DNA of 64,000 bases from Alphaproteobacteria bacterium (GTDB taxonomy: Bacteria; Pseudomonadota; Alphaproteobacteria; Bin95), in contig OZ219786.1 of NCBI GenBank assembly GCA_964291285.2, positions 1,088,001-1,152,000 on the forward strand. Reading direction: 5' to 3'. A program made the translations under genes and the position numbers. The notes beneath the pieces are model-generated. The model was not told where the DNA came from and did no database searches. It saw nothing but the letters and a program-made list of their open reading frames with translations. How positions within the stretch are numbered: position 1 is the stretch's first letter; every line of letters starts with the position of its first letter. Of this stretch, positions 29,516-40,375 are shown one piece after another.

Positions 29516-30268
29516 CTAATATTCGGGCCGGCGCTTCTCCAGGAAGGCGGCGACGCCCTCCCGGAAGTCGGGAGAGGCGCGCACCCGGTCGCCGAGCGCC
29601 TGCTCGCGCGGCTCCTGGGAAAGCGTCCATTCCTCCAGCCCGGCGGTGATCTGTTCCTTGACCGCCTGCACCGCCGCCGGGCTGTTGGCGGCAATCAGCC
29701 GCGCCTTCTCCACCGCCCAGTCCAGAAGCTCCCCGGCCGGCACCACCGCGTTCACCAGCCCGATGGCGCGGGCTTCCTCCGCGTCCAGCAGCCGTCCGGT
29801 CAGGATCATGTCCATGAGATGCACATAGCCGATCTGGCGCACCAGCTTGGTCGCCGCGCCGCCGAAGGGATAGATGCCCCATTTGACCTCGGGCAGGCCG
29901 AAACGGGCATGCGGAGCAGAGGCGCGCAGCTCGGTCGAGATCAGCAATTCGATTCCACCCGCAACGCAGTCTCCGTTGACCGCCGCCACGATGGGCTTGC
30001 GGTAGCGCTTCGTCTTGAGGAGCGCGCGCGCCACCGCCGCCGACGTTTCCGGAGACGCCGAGAGGTCCCCCGACACGTCCGCGCCGCTGCAGAACCCCCT
30101 GTCCCCGGCCCCGGTGAGCACGATGGCGCGCGCCGGCCCGGCCTCCAGTTCGTCCCAGAGGCCGGCGAGATCGACCATCATGGGCCGCGTCATGGCGTTG
30201 CGGCGCGCCTCGTTCTCGATCCGCACGAGCGCCACATGCCCGCCAAGGTCCTCCGTGTGGATACGCAT
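29516..30268 (-). CDS. Enoyl-CoA hydratase/isomerase
   Basis: FCSGAD, AVNGDCVAGGIE, FGLPE. Confidence 0.9.
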   Translation of the reverse strand: MRIHTEDLGGHVALVRIENEARRNAMTRPMMVDLAGLWDELEAGPARAIVLTGAGDRGFCSGADVSGDLSASPETSAAVARALLKTKRYRKPIVAAVNGDCVAGGIELLISTELRASAPHARFGLPEVKWGIYPFGGAATKLVRQIGYVHLMDMILTGRLLDAEEARAIGLVNAVVPAGELLDWAVEKARLIAANSPAAVQAVKEQITAGLEEWTLSQEPREQALGDRVRASPDFREGVAAFLEKRRPEY

Positions 30269-30345
30269 CCCGCGGCTTCCTCATCGTCCGCCGCCAAGTC
30301 TATGCTGCACACCGGGCTCCGGAAACACCTGGGGGAAGTCCGAAC

Positions 30346-31356
30346 ATGCCTGCCGTTATTTCTCTCGACGAATGCCGCGCGCTTGCCTTCGACGCCTTTT
30401 CCAATGCGGGCGTCTCCCGCGCCCAGGCGGAGGCGACCGCCGACCACATCACCCGCGCGGAGGCCGACGGCTGCAAGAGCCACGGCCTTTTCCGCCTGCC
30501 GGGCTTCATCGCCTCGGTGCAGAGCGGCAGCCTGGACCCGCAGGCGGAACCTGACATCACCGATGCCGCGCCCGGCCTCGTGGCCATAGACGGCCGGCGC
30601 TGTCTCGCGCCGCTGTCGGTCGCGCGCGGGCGCGTGCTGCTGGCGGAGAAGGCCCGCGCCCAGGGCGTCGCCTGCATGACGCTTCGGAACTCGCTCAACT
30701 TTTCGGCCTTGTGGCCGGATATCGAGCCTCTCGCCGAGGAAGGGTTCGTGGCGTTCACCTTCATCAATTCGCAGAGCTTCGTGGCGCCTGCGGGCGGCAC
30801 CAAAGCCCTGTTCGGCACCAATCCGATGGCGTTTGCCTGTCCGCGCGCCGGCGGCCGGCCGCCGATGGTCTTCGACCAGGCGTCTTCGGCAACCGCGCGG
30901 GGGGAACTCCAGATTGCGGCGCGGGACGGCCATGAGGCGCCGCCCGGCGCCGGCCTCGGCCCGGACGGGCAGCCCACCACCGATCCCTCGGAGATCCTGA
31001 AAGGCGTGCAGCTGCCGTTCGGCGGCTACAAGGGCTCGGCCATCGCACTCATGGTGGAGCTTATGACCGGAGGCCTCTCCGGCGGCTTCTTCGGCTATGA
31101 AAGCAGGACCGCCTACAAGGATGACGGCGGACCCGCCAACACCTGCCAGTCCTTCATCGCCATCGATCCGGTCCGGCTCGCAGGCCCCGGATTCACCGCG
31201 CATGTCGAGGCGCTGTTCGAACGGCTGCTTGCCGACGGCGATGCGCGGCTGCCGGGTGACCGGCGCCTTGCAAACCGCGCCCGCACGGCCGAAGAGGGCA
31301 TTACGGTCGAAGAGAAGCTTTACGCCACCGTGCGCGAGCTCGCCGGCAGAGGGTAG
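30346..31356 (+). CDS. Ldh2/Mdh2-family oxidoreductase (DpkA/ComC-like)
   Basis: SHGLFRL, FGTNPMAFA, PFGGYKGS, LPGDRR. Confidence 0.85.
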   Translation: MPAVISLDECRALAFDAFSNAGVSRAQAEATADHITRAEADGCKSHGLFRLPGFIASVQSGSLDPQAEPDITDAAPGLVAIDGRRCLAPLSVARGRVLLAEKARAQGVACMTLRNSLNFSALWPDIEPLAEEGFVAFTFINSQSFVAPAGGTKALFGTNPMAFACPRAGGRPPMVFDQASSATARGELQIAARDGHEAPPGAGLGPDGQPTTDPSEILKGVQLPFGGYKGSAIALMVELMTGGLSGGFFGYESRTAYKDDGGPANTCQSFIAIDPVRLAGPGFTAHVEALFERLLADGDARLPGDRRLANRARTAEEGITVEEKLYATVRELAGRG

Positions 31357-31432
31357 CGCGGCTTCCGGGACCCGCTGTCTTGCGCTAGGGTCCGGCTAAT
31401 CGACCGTGAACGCCGGAGAGGGAACCCGCCCG

Positions 31433-32671
31433 ATGGACTTCGAATACAACGACCGGACGAAGGAGCTGGTCGGCCGCGTCCAGGACTTCATGGACCGCTA
31501 CGTCTATCCGAACGAAGAGGTCTATTACGAACAGCTGGACGAGGGCGACAACCGCTGGAAGGTCATCCCGATCCTGGAGGAGCTGAAGGAGAAGGCGCGC
31601 GAGGAGGGGCTCTGGAACCTGTTCCTGCCCGAAAGCGAACTCGGCGGCGGCCTCACCAATCTCGAATACGCCCCGGTCTGCGAGGTCATGGGCCGGATCA
31701 ACTGGGCCCCGGAAGTCTTCAACTGCTCGGCTCCCGACACCGGCAACATGGAGGTGCTGGAGCGCTACGGCACGCCGGAGCAGAAGAAGCAGTGGCTGGA
31801 ACCGCTGCTGGCGGGCGAAATCCGCTCCGCCTTCGCCATGACGGAGCCGCGCGTCGCCTCCTCCGACGCCACCAATATCGAGAGCCGGATCGAGCGCGAC
31901 GGCGACGAATATGTCATCAACGGGCGCAAATGGTGGACCTCCGGCATCGGCGACCCGCGCTGCAAGATCCTGATCTTCATGGGCAAGAACGACCCGGACG
32001 GCCCGCGCTACAACCAGCAGTCCATGATCCTGGTGCCGACCGACACGCCCGGCATCGAGGTCGTGCGGATGCTGAACGTGATGGGCTTCGACGACGCGCC
32101 GCACGGCCACGGCGAGGTCGATTTCAAGGACGTGCGGGTGCCGGCCTCGAACATGCTGCTCGGCGAGGGGCGCGGTTTCGAGATCGCGCAGGGCCGCCTC
32201 GGCCCCGGCCGCATCCACCACTGCATGCGGATCATCGGCGTGGCCGAGCGCGCGCTGGAGATGATGTGCCGGCGCGGCACCGAGCGGGTGACCTGGGGCA
32301 CGCCGGTCGGCGACCGCGACAATTTCCGCGAGCGGGTGGCCGATGCGCGCATCAATATCGAGATGTGCCGCCTGCTGACGCTCAAGGCCGCCCACATGAT
32401 GGACACGGTCGGCAACAAGGCCGCGCGCCAGGAAATCGCGATGATCAAGGTGGCGGCGCCGAACATGGCGCTGCAGGTCATCGACGACGCCATGCAGGCC
32501 CATGGCGGCGGGGCGATGAGCCAGGCGTTCAAGCTGTCCTTCATGTGGTCGCGGATGCGGGCGCTGCGCTTCGCCGACGGCCCCGACGAGGTCCATCGCC
32601 AGCAGATCGCGCGCCTTGAGATGCGCCGCCAGGTCGACTGGCCGCCCCGCGCCGCCCAGGCCGCGGAGTAG
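31433..32671 (+). CDS. Acyl-CoA dehydrogenase
   Basis: [38 protein letters not shown]. Confidence 0.92.
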   Translation: MDFEYNDRTKELVGRVQDFMDRYVYPNEEVYYEQLDEGDNRWKVIPILEELKEKAREEGLWNLFLPESELGGGLTNLEYAPVCEVMGRINWAPEVFNCSAPDTGNMEVLERYGTPEQKKQWLEPLLAGEIRSAFAMTEPRVASSDATNIESRIERDGDEYVINGRKWWTSGIGDPRCKILIFMGKNDPDGPRYNQQSMILVPTDTPGIEVVRMLNVMGFDDAPHGHGEVDFKDVRVPASNMLLGEGRGFEIAQGRLGPGRIHHCMRIIGVAERALEMMCRRGTERVTWGTPVGDRDNFRERVADARINIEMCRLLTLKAAHMMDTVGNKAARQEIAMIKVAAPNMALQVIDDAMQAHGGGAMSQAFKLSFMWSRMRALRFADGPDEVHRQQIARLEMRRQVDWPPRAAQAAE

Positions 32672-32687
32672 GGACCGGGGGCGGCGC

Positions 32688-33497
32688 ATGAGCATCCCGG
32701 CGCCCCGGCCGCTGCATCCCTCGCTCGGCGCGGAAATCTGCGGCCTCGACCTCCGGGAGACATTGTCTCCGGAGGACCGGGCCGCGGTGGCCGCCACGCT
32801 CGCCGAGCATATCGTGCTCGTGTTCCGCGACCAGACTTTCACGCCTGCCGAGTATCTGGCGGCCTGCTCGCAGCTCGGCGAACCGATGGCGCAGCATTAC
32901 AGCCAGCACAACATGCCGGACCAGCCGATGATCGGGCGCATCTGGCACCGCAACGGCCAGCTCCCCGCCGAGCACTGGCACACGGACCACACCAACCGCG
33001 AGCGCCCGCCCAAGGCGACGATCCTATACGGCGTGGAAATCCCGCCCGAGGGCGGCGACACCAGCTTCGCCAACATGCGCGCGGCCTGGGCGGGGCTGGA
33101 CGCGGAAGAACAGGAGAGTCTCGCCGGGCTGAAGACGGTCAACGGCCTCGACCGGCACCTGACCGACACACGCAGCGAGGACCGGGAGAAATACGATATC
33201 CCGGCCGTCCACCCGGTGGTCCGCACCCATCCCGAGCACGGCTCCAGGGCACTCTATTTCCACATCACCAAGGCCCGCCGCATCGAGGGCATGACGCCGG
33301 AGGACACGCAGGCGCTGCTGCAGGACCTGCTGGACCGCACGATCCGGGACAGCAACGTCTATCGCCACAGCTGGCGGCAGGGCGACATGGTGGTCTGCGA
33401 CAACCGGGCCGCGATGCACCGCGCCCACGGCGACTACGACCGCCGGCACCCCCGGACGCTATGGCGCATCATCCTGGAGGGCGACCGTCCCGTGTGA
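32688..33497 (+). CDS. TauD/TfdA-family dioxygenase
   Basis: WHTD, GGDTSFAN, HPVVRTHP, DNRAAMH. Confidence 0.88.
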   Translation: MSIPAPRPLHPSLGAEICGLDLRETLSPEDRAAVAATLAEHIVLVFRDQTFTPAEYLAACSQLGEPMAQHYSQHNMPDQPMIGRIWHRNGQLPAEHWHTDHTNRERPPKATILYGVEIPPEGGDTSFANMRAAWAGLDAEEQESLAGLKTVNGLDRHLTDTRSEDREKYDIPAVHPVVRTHPEHGSRALYFHITKARRIEGMTPEDTQALLQDLLDRTIRDSNVYRHSWRQGDMVVCDNRAAMHRAHGDYDRRHPRTLWRIILEGDRPV

Positions 33498-33514
33498 CGC
33501 CGACGGGCTCTGCT

Positions 33515-34228
33515 CTATCGCGCCGCCGCCATGAAGTTCTCGTAGAGGGTGGCCGAGGCGCTCAGGAAGCCGGGCATTTCCCGCTCGGCCTCCGCGCGCA
33601 ACTCAGCGACGCCGTTTTCACCCATGACGGCGATCAGGTCCTCCAGATAGTCGGGGATCGTGGCCCAGTTCTCGACCGTGTCCGGCTCGACCTCGACATG
33701 GTACTGCATCGACCAGGCGTTCCCGTTCACCCGCATGGCCTGGATCGCGCATAGCGGGGACCGCGCGAGGACGGCGGCGCCCTCGGGGGCCTGGGCAACC
33801 CTGACGCCGTGCCATTGCAGACATTTCTGCCTGACCGGCAATCCCCTCATCAGCGGGTCGTTTCGCCCGTCCTCCGTCAGTTCGATGTCCAGAATGCCGA
33901 TCTCCGGCGGCGCCTGGGGACCGCAGGTGCCGCCAAGGGCGTCCGCCAGCAACTGGTGGCCGAGGCAGATGCCGAGAAAGGGTTTCCCCATCCCGCGCAC
34001 CCATTGGCGGATGGCCGTTTTCTCGGCCACCAGCCAGGGGTTGTCCTCGATATCCCAGACGTCCATCGGGCCGCCCATGACCCAAAGCGCATCATAGCCG
34101 TCAAGGTCGGGAATGGCGTCGCCCCGGTCGAGTTCGACCGCGTCCCAGCGGACGCCGTCCCGGGCCAGAAGCCGGCGCAGCGACCCGGGGTGTTCGCATT
34201 CCACATGCTGGAAAACAAGCAGCTTCAT
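33515..34228 (-). CDS. Class I glutamine amidotransferase-like protein
   Basis: MGGPMD, GICLGHQ, QYHVE. Confidence 0.85.
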   Translation of the reverse strand: MKLLVFQHVECEHPGSLRRLLARDGVRWDAVELDRGDAIPDLDGYDALWVMGGPMDVWDIEDNPWLVAEKTAIRQWVRGMGKPFLGICLGHQLLADALGGTCGPQAPPEIGILDIELTEDGRNDPLMRGLPVRQKCLQWHGVRVAQAPEGAAVLARSPLCAIQAMRVNGNAWSMQYHVEVEPDTVENWATIPDYLEDLIAVMGENGVAELRAEAEREMPGFLSASATLYENFMAAAR

Positions 34229-35118
34229 ACCTTGCCCTTCCAGGGGACAAGGGACCGTTCGATCCGGCGCATGATGAGGTCGAAGACGAACGCCACAGCG
34301 CCAATGACGATGATGCCGAGAAAGACGATGTCGGTGGCGAGGAACCGGGCGGCATTCAGCACCATCACGCCGATCCCGGCCTTGGCGGCCACCATCTCGG
34401 CAGCGACCAGCGTCGTCCATCCGAACGCAATCGCGACACGCATGCCCGTCAGGATTTCCGGAAGCGCGCCCTTCAGCACGACCTGGCGCAGCACCTGCCG
34501 GTGGCTCGCCCCCATCGAGTAGGCGGCGTGGATCTGCTCGATGGACACCGAGCGCACGCCCGCGCGGGCGTTTATGGCGATCGGCGCGAAACAGGCGAGG
34601 TAAATCAGGAACAGCTTGCCGGCCTCGCCGATCCCGAACCAGATAATCGTGAGCGGCAGGTAGGCGAGCGGCGGGATCGGACGATAGAACTCGATGGGCG
34701 GATCGAAAATGCCGCGCGCATGGCGGTTCATCCCCATCGCGATGCCGATCGGGACCGCGGTTACGGTCGCAAGCGCAAAGGCGCCGAACACGCGGTAGAG
34801 GCTCCAGAGAATGTGCTCGTGCAGCGCGTGGTCGCTGAAGCCGAAGCACTTCGCCTCGACCTTCTCCATGCCGCCGACCGTAACCAGCAGCCGCTCGAAA
34901 TAATGGTCGGTGCAGGCGATCTTGGCGAACTTCGAGATCACCATTTCGGGCGCAGGCAGGAATAGGGGCCTGATCAGCCCGAGCTGGGTGATCGCCCACC
35001 AGCCCCCGAGCAGCAGGACGATGGTGACCGCGCTGATGACGGTGGCGGAGCCTCGCCCCGGCGCGCCGTACTGCTCCACCGCCTGCGCCGCGCGCCGTCT
35101 GAAAATTCCGACCTTCAT
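34225..35118 (-). CDS. tauC: Taurine/sulfonate ABC permease
   Basis: RPIPPLAYLPL..IWFGIGE, WTTLVAAEM. Confidence 0.82.
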   Translation of the reverse strand: MKVGIFRRRAAQAVEQYGAPGRGSATVISAVTIVLLLGGWWAITQLGLIRPLFLPAPEMVISKFAKIACTDHYFERLLVTVGGMEKVEAKCFGFSDHALHEHILWSLYRVFGAFALATVTAVPIGIAMGMNRHARGIFDPPIEFYRPIPPLAYLPLTIIWFGIGEAGKLFLIYLACFAPIAINARAGVRSVSIEQIHAAYSMGASHRQVLRQVVLKGALPEILTGMRVAIAFGWTTLVAAEMVAAKAGIGVMVLNAARFLATDIVFLGIIVIGAVAFVFDLIMRRIERSLVPWKGKV

Positions 35119-35915
35119 GGCGGCCCGTTGCCGGTCTCTTCGCCGTAGATGATCGACAGCACTTCCTCGCGAAGCGCGATGAAGTCGGACGACGACTTGA
35201 CCGCCCTCGCATTGCCGGTCTCGAAGAAACGGTTGCAGAAGTCGATATCGTAGGTGTGCGTAATCCGGCCCGGCCTGGGCGACATCACGATCAGCCGCGT
35301 CGCCATGAACAGGGCTTCCTCGACACTGTGGGTGATGAAGAACACCACCTTCCCGGTCTTGCTCCAAGCGTCCAGCACGAGCTCCTGCATGTTCTCCCGC
35401 GTGAAGGCGTCGAGCGCTCCCAGCGGTTCGTCCATGAGCAGCATGTCCGGATTGCAGGTCAGTGCCCGGGCAAGGCCGACGCGCTGCTGCATGCCCCCGG
35501 AGAGCTGGTAGATCGGATAGCGTTCGAAGTCCGAGAGGCCCACCAGGGCCAGATATTCGCGCGCCCGGGAAAGGCGTTCCTCCTTCTGGACGCCCTGGAG
35601 CTTCAGCCCGAATTCGGTGTTCTCCAGCACGTTGAGCCAGGGCAGCAGGGCGTGTTTCTGGAAGACCACGCCGCGGTCCGGTCCGGGGCCGCGGATCGGC
35701 GTGTCCTTGTGAAGGACCTCGCCCGAGGTCGGCTGCAGGAAGCCCGCTATGACATTGAGCAATGTCGTCTTGCCGCAGCCCGACGCGCCGAGAGCCACGA
35801 CGAACTCGTTGTCGCGGAAGTCCAGGCTCACATTGTCGAGCGCCCGGACGACGCCCTCGCCCTCCACCGCCGGAAACTCGACGGTCACGCGATCGAGACT
35901 GACGACTGCGGTCAT
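35115..35915 (-). CDS. tauB: Taurine/sulfonate ABC ATPase
   Basis: GASGCGKT, LSGGMQQR, DEPLGALD. Confidence 0.85.
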   Translation of the reverse strand: MTAVVSLDRVTVEFPAVEGEGVVRALDNVSLDFRDNEFVVALGASGCGKTTLLNVIAGFLQPTSGEVLHKDTPIRGPGPDRGVVFQKHALLPWLNVLENTEFGLKLQGVQKEERLSRAREYLALVGLSDFERYPIYQLSGGMQQRVGLARALTCNPDMLLMDEPLGALDAFTRENMQELVLDAWSKTGKVVFFITHSVEEALFMATRLIVMSPRPGRITHTYDIDFCNRFFETGNARAVKSSSDFIALREEVLSIIYGEETGNGPP

Positions 35916-36009
35916 CGGTAAGCGGGCTTCATGCGAGGCGGGAGGCCCTGGCCCCGGCGGCCGGGGCCTCCCTGCGCAGCGTCCGGCGCTATCGTCCGCC
36001 GGCAGCCGT

Positions 36010-37008
36010 TCAGCAGCCGCCGTCCATCACCATCTGGGCGAATTTGGGCGTGGCGGAAGCAGAGTAGTCGTCGAGGACGCTGTCCAGCTTGCCCTGCGAC
36101 ACCAGGAACTCCGAGGCCGCCATCAATGCGCTCTGCACGCCGCCGCCGAGCCAGGTGGCCGACACCTGTTCCTCAAGCGTCGGATAGTCGTAGAGCGCGA
36201 GCACGCCGCCGACCTGGTCCGCATTGCCGGAAACCGCGTTGGCGATGCCCATCGCATTGTCCGTGCCCGGTCCGTAGGCGCCAGGGTTCATGCGGTAGTC
36301 CGCGTCCGCCGACGAGACCATCTTGACCCACTGGCAGGCGAACTCCGGGTTCTCGTCGGTGAAGCCCTTGCGCGCCACCATGGCGTCGAAGGTGGCCTTG
36401 CCCCAATTGCTCAGGTCGCCCGAGGTCAGCAGCACCCGGCCCTTTTCCTTCATGCGGCCGAGGGCCGGGTCCCAGACGAACCCGCCATTGATGTCGCCGC
36501 GTTCCCAGGCCGCCACCATGTCCGGCGGCGACATGTCGAGAACTTCGAGGTCCCCGGTCGGGATGTTGAACTGCTCCAGCGCAAACATCATGTGGAAATG
36601 GGTCGTGGAGCCGAAGGGAACCGCGATGGTCTTCCCCTTGAGGTCCTGCGGGGCGGTGACGGAGTCGTCCACGACCAGCGCTTCGGCATTGTTGATGTTG
36701 TCGTAGATGTAGATGACCTGGAGATCGACGCCCCGGCTGTAGCCCGCCGCCGTCGGCGACGAACCGTTGAGCGAGATGTCCACAGAGCCCGACGCCATGG
36801 CGTTGATGACCTCGGTACCGGAGGTGAATTTCACGAACTCGATGCTCTTGCCGCCGAGGCCGTTCGCCTTGAGTTCCTCCATCTCGGCCTTCCACGGCCC
36901 ATAGACGAGCTGGTAGCCGACCGTGACATCGGCCGCATGCGCATTCGCAGCCATGCCGGCCAGCGCGCAAACGGCTATGGCCGCGACCGAACGCAGATAT
37001 CTTTTCAT
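36010..37008 (-). CDS. tauA: Taurine ABC substrate-binding protein
   Basis: Signal peptide, VGYQ, GSSP, PFGSTTHF, WDPAL. Confidence 0.8.
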   Translation of the reverse strand: MKRYLRSVAAIAVCALAGMAANAHAADVTVGYQLVYGPWKAEMEELKANGLGGKSIEFVKFTSGTEVINAMASGSVDISLNGSSPTAAGYSRGVDLQVIYIYDNINNAEALVVDDSVTAPQDLKGKTIAVPFGSTTHFHMMFALEQFNIPTGDLEVLDMSPPDMVAAWERGDINGGFVWDPALGRMKEKGRVLLTSGDLSNWGKATFDAMVARKGFTDENPEFACQWVKMVSSADADYRMNPGAYGPGTDNAMGIANAVSGNADQVGGVLALYDYPTLEEQVSATWLGGGVQSALMAASEFLVSQGKLDSVLDDYSASATPKFAQMVMDGGC

Positions 37009-37289
37009 GGTTTGTCCTCCCGCGTCGATTGCTCCGTCACACTCCAATCGGACGGTGCTCCTGAACCCGATTCCACCGGGCCCCATCGGTCGAATTATCG
37101 TAGTCCAGTCATGGGACGATTGCAAAGTCCGCATCGGGCCGGAGACAAAGAAATTCCGCTTTCCTTCCGGACATCCACCCTTGGCCGACGCCCCGATTCA
37201 GTCCGGCTCCAATGTCGGCACCGGCATTGAGGTCCCGGCAGTGGAGCCCTGGCGCTTCGCAACGGCATGATTGGACCCGAGACGGAAGC

Positions 37290-37731
37290 AGCATGTTGTT
37301 AATTGAATCTTGGTAACAAATCCGTAAATGATTTGATTCCTGAAAATCAGATGCTACATTAGGCTGGACGGGGCGGCGTCCGGGGACCGCTTCGTGCTCC
37401 GCGGCGGCGATGCGAAAAAACCTGAGGAGCTGACAGGGCATATGCGCCCTGCGTTCGGGGTTTCGCGCACGCAGGCACAATCGGGCGCGCGATGCACGCG
37501 CCGCCGCGAAACGCGGGCGGGCACGCCCGCTCGCCCGCGCACATTACACGCAAAGTAGGGTCCCGCTGCTCGGACAAGCCGGCGGCGGAGATGGACGGAT
37601 CGAAACCGGGGCGACAGGAAGAACCTATGCCGAAGATAGAGGACCGCCGAAACCGGATGGAATACCCGCACCCCATGCCCAAACGGGCGACGGGATATGC
37701 GCCGCGCACACGCAGATCATGACATTTCCGG
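37290..37731 (+). repeat. CATGACA-terminated element, copy B (short, opposite orientation)
   Basis: TTGATT-N16-TACATT-AGG at 37333-37363; leader motifs; CCCGCACCCCATGCCC identical to copy A start; mini-ORF 37675-37722 MPKRATGYAPRTRRS; left boundary approximate. Confidence 0.7.
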
Positions 37732-37826
37732 TGGAGTAGGTCCCTTGGGCCGGACAGTCCGATCGAGAAGACCTGTCAACTCGACAGGGATTGGAAGGAT
37801 CGCACCCATGAGGAAACACCGGGCGC
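37732..37826 (+). mobile_element. Truncated IS3-family left end (relative of the IS at 20653)
   Basis: TGGAGTAGGTCCCTTGGGCCGGACAGT ... ATTGGAAGGATCG..ATGAGGAAACACCG matches the IRL and OrfA start. Confidence 0.8.
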
Positions 37827-37835
37827 CTCCTTCTC

Positions 37836-39116
37836 TCAGCCTTGCTGAACCTGCCTCGGGTTCGTCGATGCCGAACCCCGGTCCCCGAACTCCCGGCTCG
37901 CGGCGGCGAGCGCCGCCTCCCTGCCGGGGCCGGCGACCGCCTGCAGCGCGAAGGGCATGCCGTTCGCCATGCGTCCGCAGGGGAAGGCGAGCGCCGGCAG
38001 GCCGGTGAGATTGGCGAAGGCCAGCAATTCGGCCTGGTTGGCGGGCGCCTTGCGCGAGCGCGGGAACGGGCCGCAGGGGGCGACCGGCGCAATGATGACG
38101 GCGTCGCCGATGCGTTCGGCAGCATCCTCCCGGATACGCCGGAGCGTCTCCCGCGCCGCCGCCAGGCGCTCGGGCGCCAGCTTCGCGCCGTAGTGGAGGA
38201 AGCCGCGCAATTCGTCGGATGCGCCATCGGGCATGCCGAGCGCCGCGTAGGCTTCCGCCTCTATGACCAGCAGGCCCGCCTTGCGCGCCGCCGAAGGTTC
38301 GTAACCCGGCCAGTCCAGCGCCGGCAGGTCGAGCGCGGGCATGGCGTCCTCGACATCCGCTTCGAGCGGATATCCGTCGAAGGCGGAGAGCCTGACCGGA
38401 TGCCAGCTTCCCTCCGGCGCCGCCGGTTGCGCCGCCATGACCTCAAGCAGCGCCAGCGCGTCGTCGGCCGTGCGTGCAAGCGGCCCCGCATGGTCGAGGC
38501 TCGGCGCGAGCGGCGCCACGCCGTCCAGCGGCACCGCGCCCTGCGTCGGCTTCAGCCCGAAGCAGCCGCAATAGGCCGCCGGCAGGCGTATCGAGCCCAT
38601 GGTGTCGGAGCCGAGCGCGGCAGCCGCAAGTCCGGCCGCCACGGCCGCGCCCGAGCCGCCGCTCGACCCGCCCGCCGTCCAGCCCTCGCGGTGCGGATTG
38701 TGCGTCATGCCCCAATGCGGATTGAAGGTCGTCGTGCCGAAGGCCGCCTCATGCAGGTTAGTCTTGCCGAGCAGCACCGCGCCCGCGTCCCGGAGCCGCG
38801 CGATGACGGGCGCGTCCGCCTCTGCGCGCCTCCCGCCCGGCAGGCCGTTCGCGGTCACGGCGCCGACCATGTCGATATTGTCCTTGACCGCGACGGGCGC
38901 GCCGTCGATGGCGGAAGCCGGCCTGCCCGCCCGCCAGCGCGCCGCGGATGCCGCCGCCGCCTCGCGCGCGGCTTCGGCGGTGACGGCAACATAGGCGTTG
39001 AGCCGGGGGTTCTCGCGCGCGAGCCGGTCGAGATAGGCCTCGGTGACCGCGACGGGATCGAGACGTCCGGCGGCGTAGCCCTCTCGCAGTTCGGACAGTG
39101 AAAGCTCGGTGCTCAT
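37836..39116 (-). CDS. Amidase signature family enzyme
   Basis: VAVKDN, GGSSGGSG, GSDTMGSIRLPA. Confidence 0.88.
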   Translation of the reverse strand: MSTELSLSELREGYAAGRLDPVAVTEAYLDRLARENPRLNAYVAVTAEAAREAAAASAARWRAGRPASAIDGAPVAVKDNIDMVGAVTANGLPGGRRAEADAPVIARLRDAGAVLLGKTNLHEAAFGTTTFNPHWGMTHNPHREGWTAGGSSGGSGAAVAAGLAAAALGSDTMGSIRLPAAYCGCFGLKPTQGAVPLDGVAPLAPSLDHAGPLARTADDALALLEVMAAQPAAPEGSWHPVRLSAFDGYPLEADVEDAMPALDLPALDWPGYEPSAARKAGLLVIEAEAYAALGMPDGASDELRGFLHYGAKLAPERLAAARETLRRIREDAAERIGDAVIIAPVAPCGPFPRSRKAPANQAELLAFANLTGLPALAFPCGRMANGMPFALQAVAGPGREAALAAASREFGDRGSASTNPRQVQQG

Positions 39117-40375
39117 GGCGCAGCCTCGCGGCTTCGTTGGCGGCGACCGTGCCACAGGACCAGGAGGCCAGCCAGCAGGTGCAGCCCGGCGAGGCCCAGC
39201 AGCGGCCGGAAATAGGCGCCGGTTGCGTCGAAGAGCCACCCGGTCACGGCGGTCGCGAGGCTTGCCATGACGAACATGCCGGCCGCCGTGAGGCCGTAGG
39301 CCGTGCCATAGCCGTCCTGGCCGAAGCCGTCCACCAGCAGCAGCGGCGGCAGCATCACGATGCAGCCGATGACGAAGCCGGCGATGGCAGAGGCGATGAA
39401 CAGCAATGCAGGCGGCTCCCCGGCCAGCAGCAACAGCAACCCCAACGCCTGGACCAGGTAGCAGCCGGCGGCCAGAACCGGGAGCGGGAAGCGGGCGACC
39501 AGCGCTCCCAGCACGAACCGGCCCAGAGCCGCGCTCACCGACGCAATGCTGACCGCGAAGGCCGCGCCGGAAAGTCCGAGAGGGCCTTGCAGCAGGGGTA
39601 TCTGGTGCATCAGGAACCCCACCTGGGCGCCGAGCGAAAGGCTGCAGGCCGATGCAATGACCCAGAACCGCAGGTCGCCCAGGAACCGCGCCGGCGACGG
39701 CCGGCCCCGTGTGTCCGGCGCGGTCGCCGCGCCCGTTTCCCTCGCGGCCTCCTGTCCTTCGGGCGGCCGGACGAGCAAGAGCGCGACCGGCAGCACCGAG
39801 AGGATGAGCGCCGCGCCGATGCCCGTCATGGCGGCGTCGAAACCGTATCGGGCGGAAAGCCACGCCATCAGTGGCGGCATGACCGCGCCGCCGGCGCTCG
39901 CCCCGGTCAGCGCAATGCCGAGAGCAAGGCCGAGCCGGCGCCTGAACCACGGCACCAGCGCGGCGCTGACCGCCATGGCCGCCAGGCCCGGATAGGCGCT
40001 GCCCATGAGCGCGAAGATCACGAAAAGCTGCCAGCGAGCCTCGAAGAAGCCTGCTTCGAACGCCGCCAGCGCGAAGCAGCCCGCCGCCATGGCCAGCGTG
40101 CCGTACACCACCGTCGGCCGCGCGCCGAAACGGTCGGCAATCCGGCCCATTGCAAGGCTGGCAGCCACGTTCACGAGCCAGAACCCCGCCACGACGCTGG
40201 AAAGGAGAGAGGCCGGCCAGCCGGTCGAGCGGCCCAGCACGGCCATGTAGAACCCGTGGCCGTAAAACCCGACGCCCCAGGCGTAGAACGCCATGACGAA
40301 GCCGCCGGCCGCCACCCACCAGCCGCGGTAGATGCCGCAGGCCGCGCCGTCGTCCGAGTGCAGACCGGATGTCAC
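39113..40375 (-). CDS. MFS transporter
   Basis: GRIADRFGAR motif A; about 12 TM segments. Confidence 0.85.
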   Translation of the reverse strand: MTSGLHSDDGAACGIYRGWWVAAGGFVMAFYAWGVGFYGHGFYMAVLGRSTGWPASLLSSVVAGFWLVNVAASLAMGRIADRFGARPTVVYGTLAMAAGCFALAAFEAGFFEARWQLFVIFALMGSAYPGLAAMAVSAALVPWFRRRLGLALGIALTGASAGGAVMPPLMAWLSARYGFDAAMTGIGAALILSVLPVALLLVRPPEGQEAARETGAATAPDTRGRPSPARFLGDLRFWVIASACSLSLGAQVGFLMHQIPLLQGPLGLSGAAFAVSIASVSAALGRFVLGALVARFPLPVLAAGCYLVQALGLLLLLAGEPPALLFIASAIAGFVIGCIVMLPPLLLVDGFGQDGYGTAYGLTAAGMFVMASLATAVTGWLFDATGAYFRPLLGLAGLHLLAGLLVLWHGRRQRSREAAP

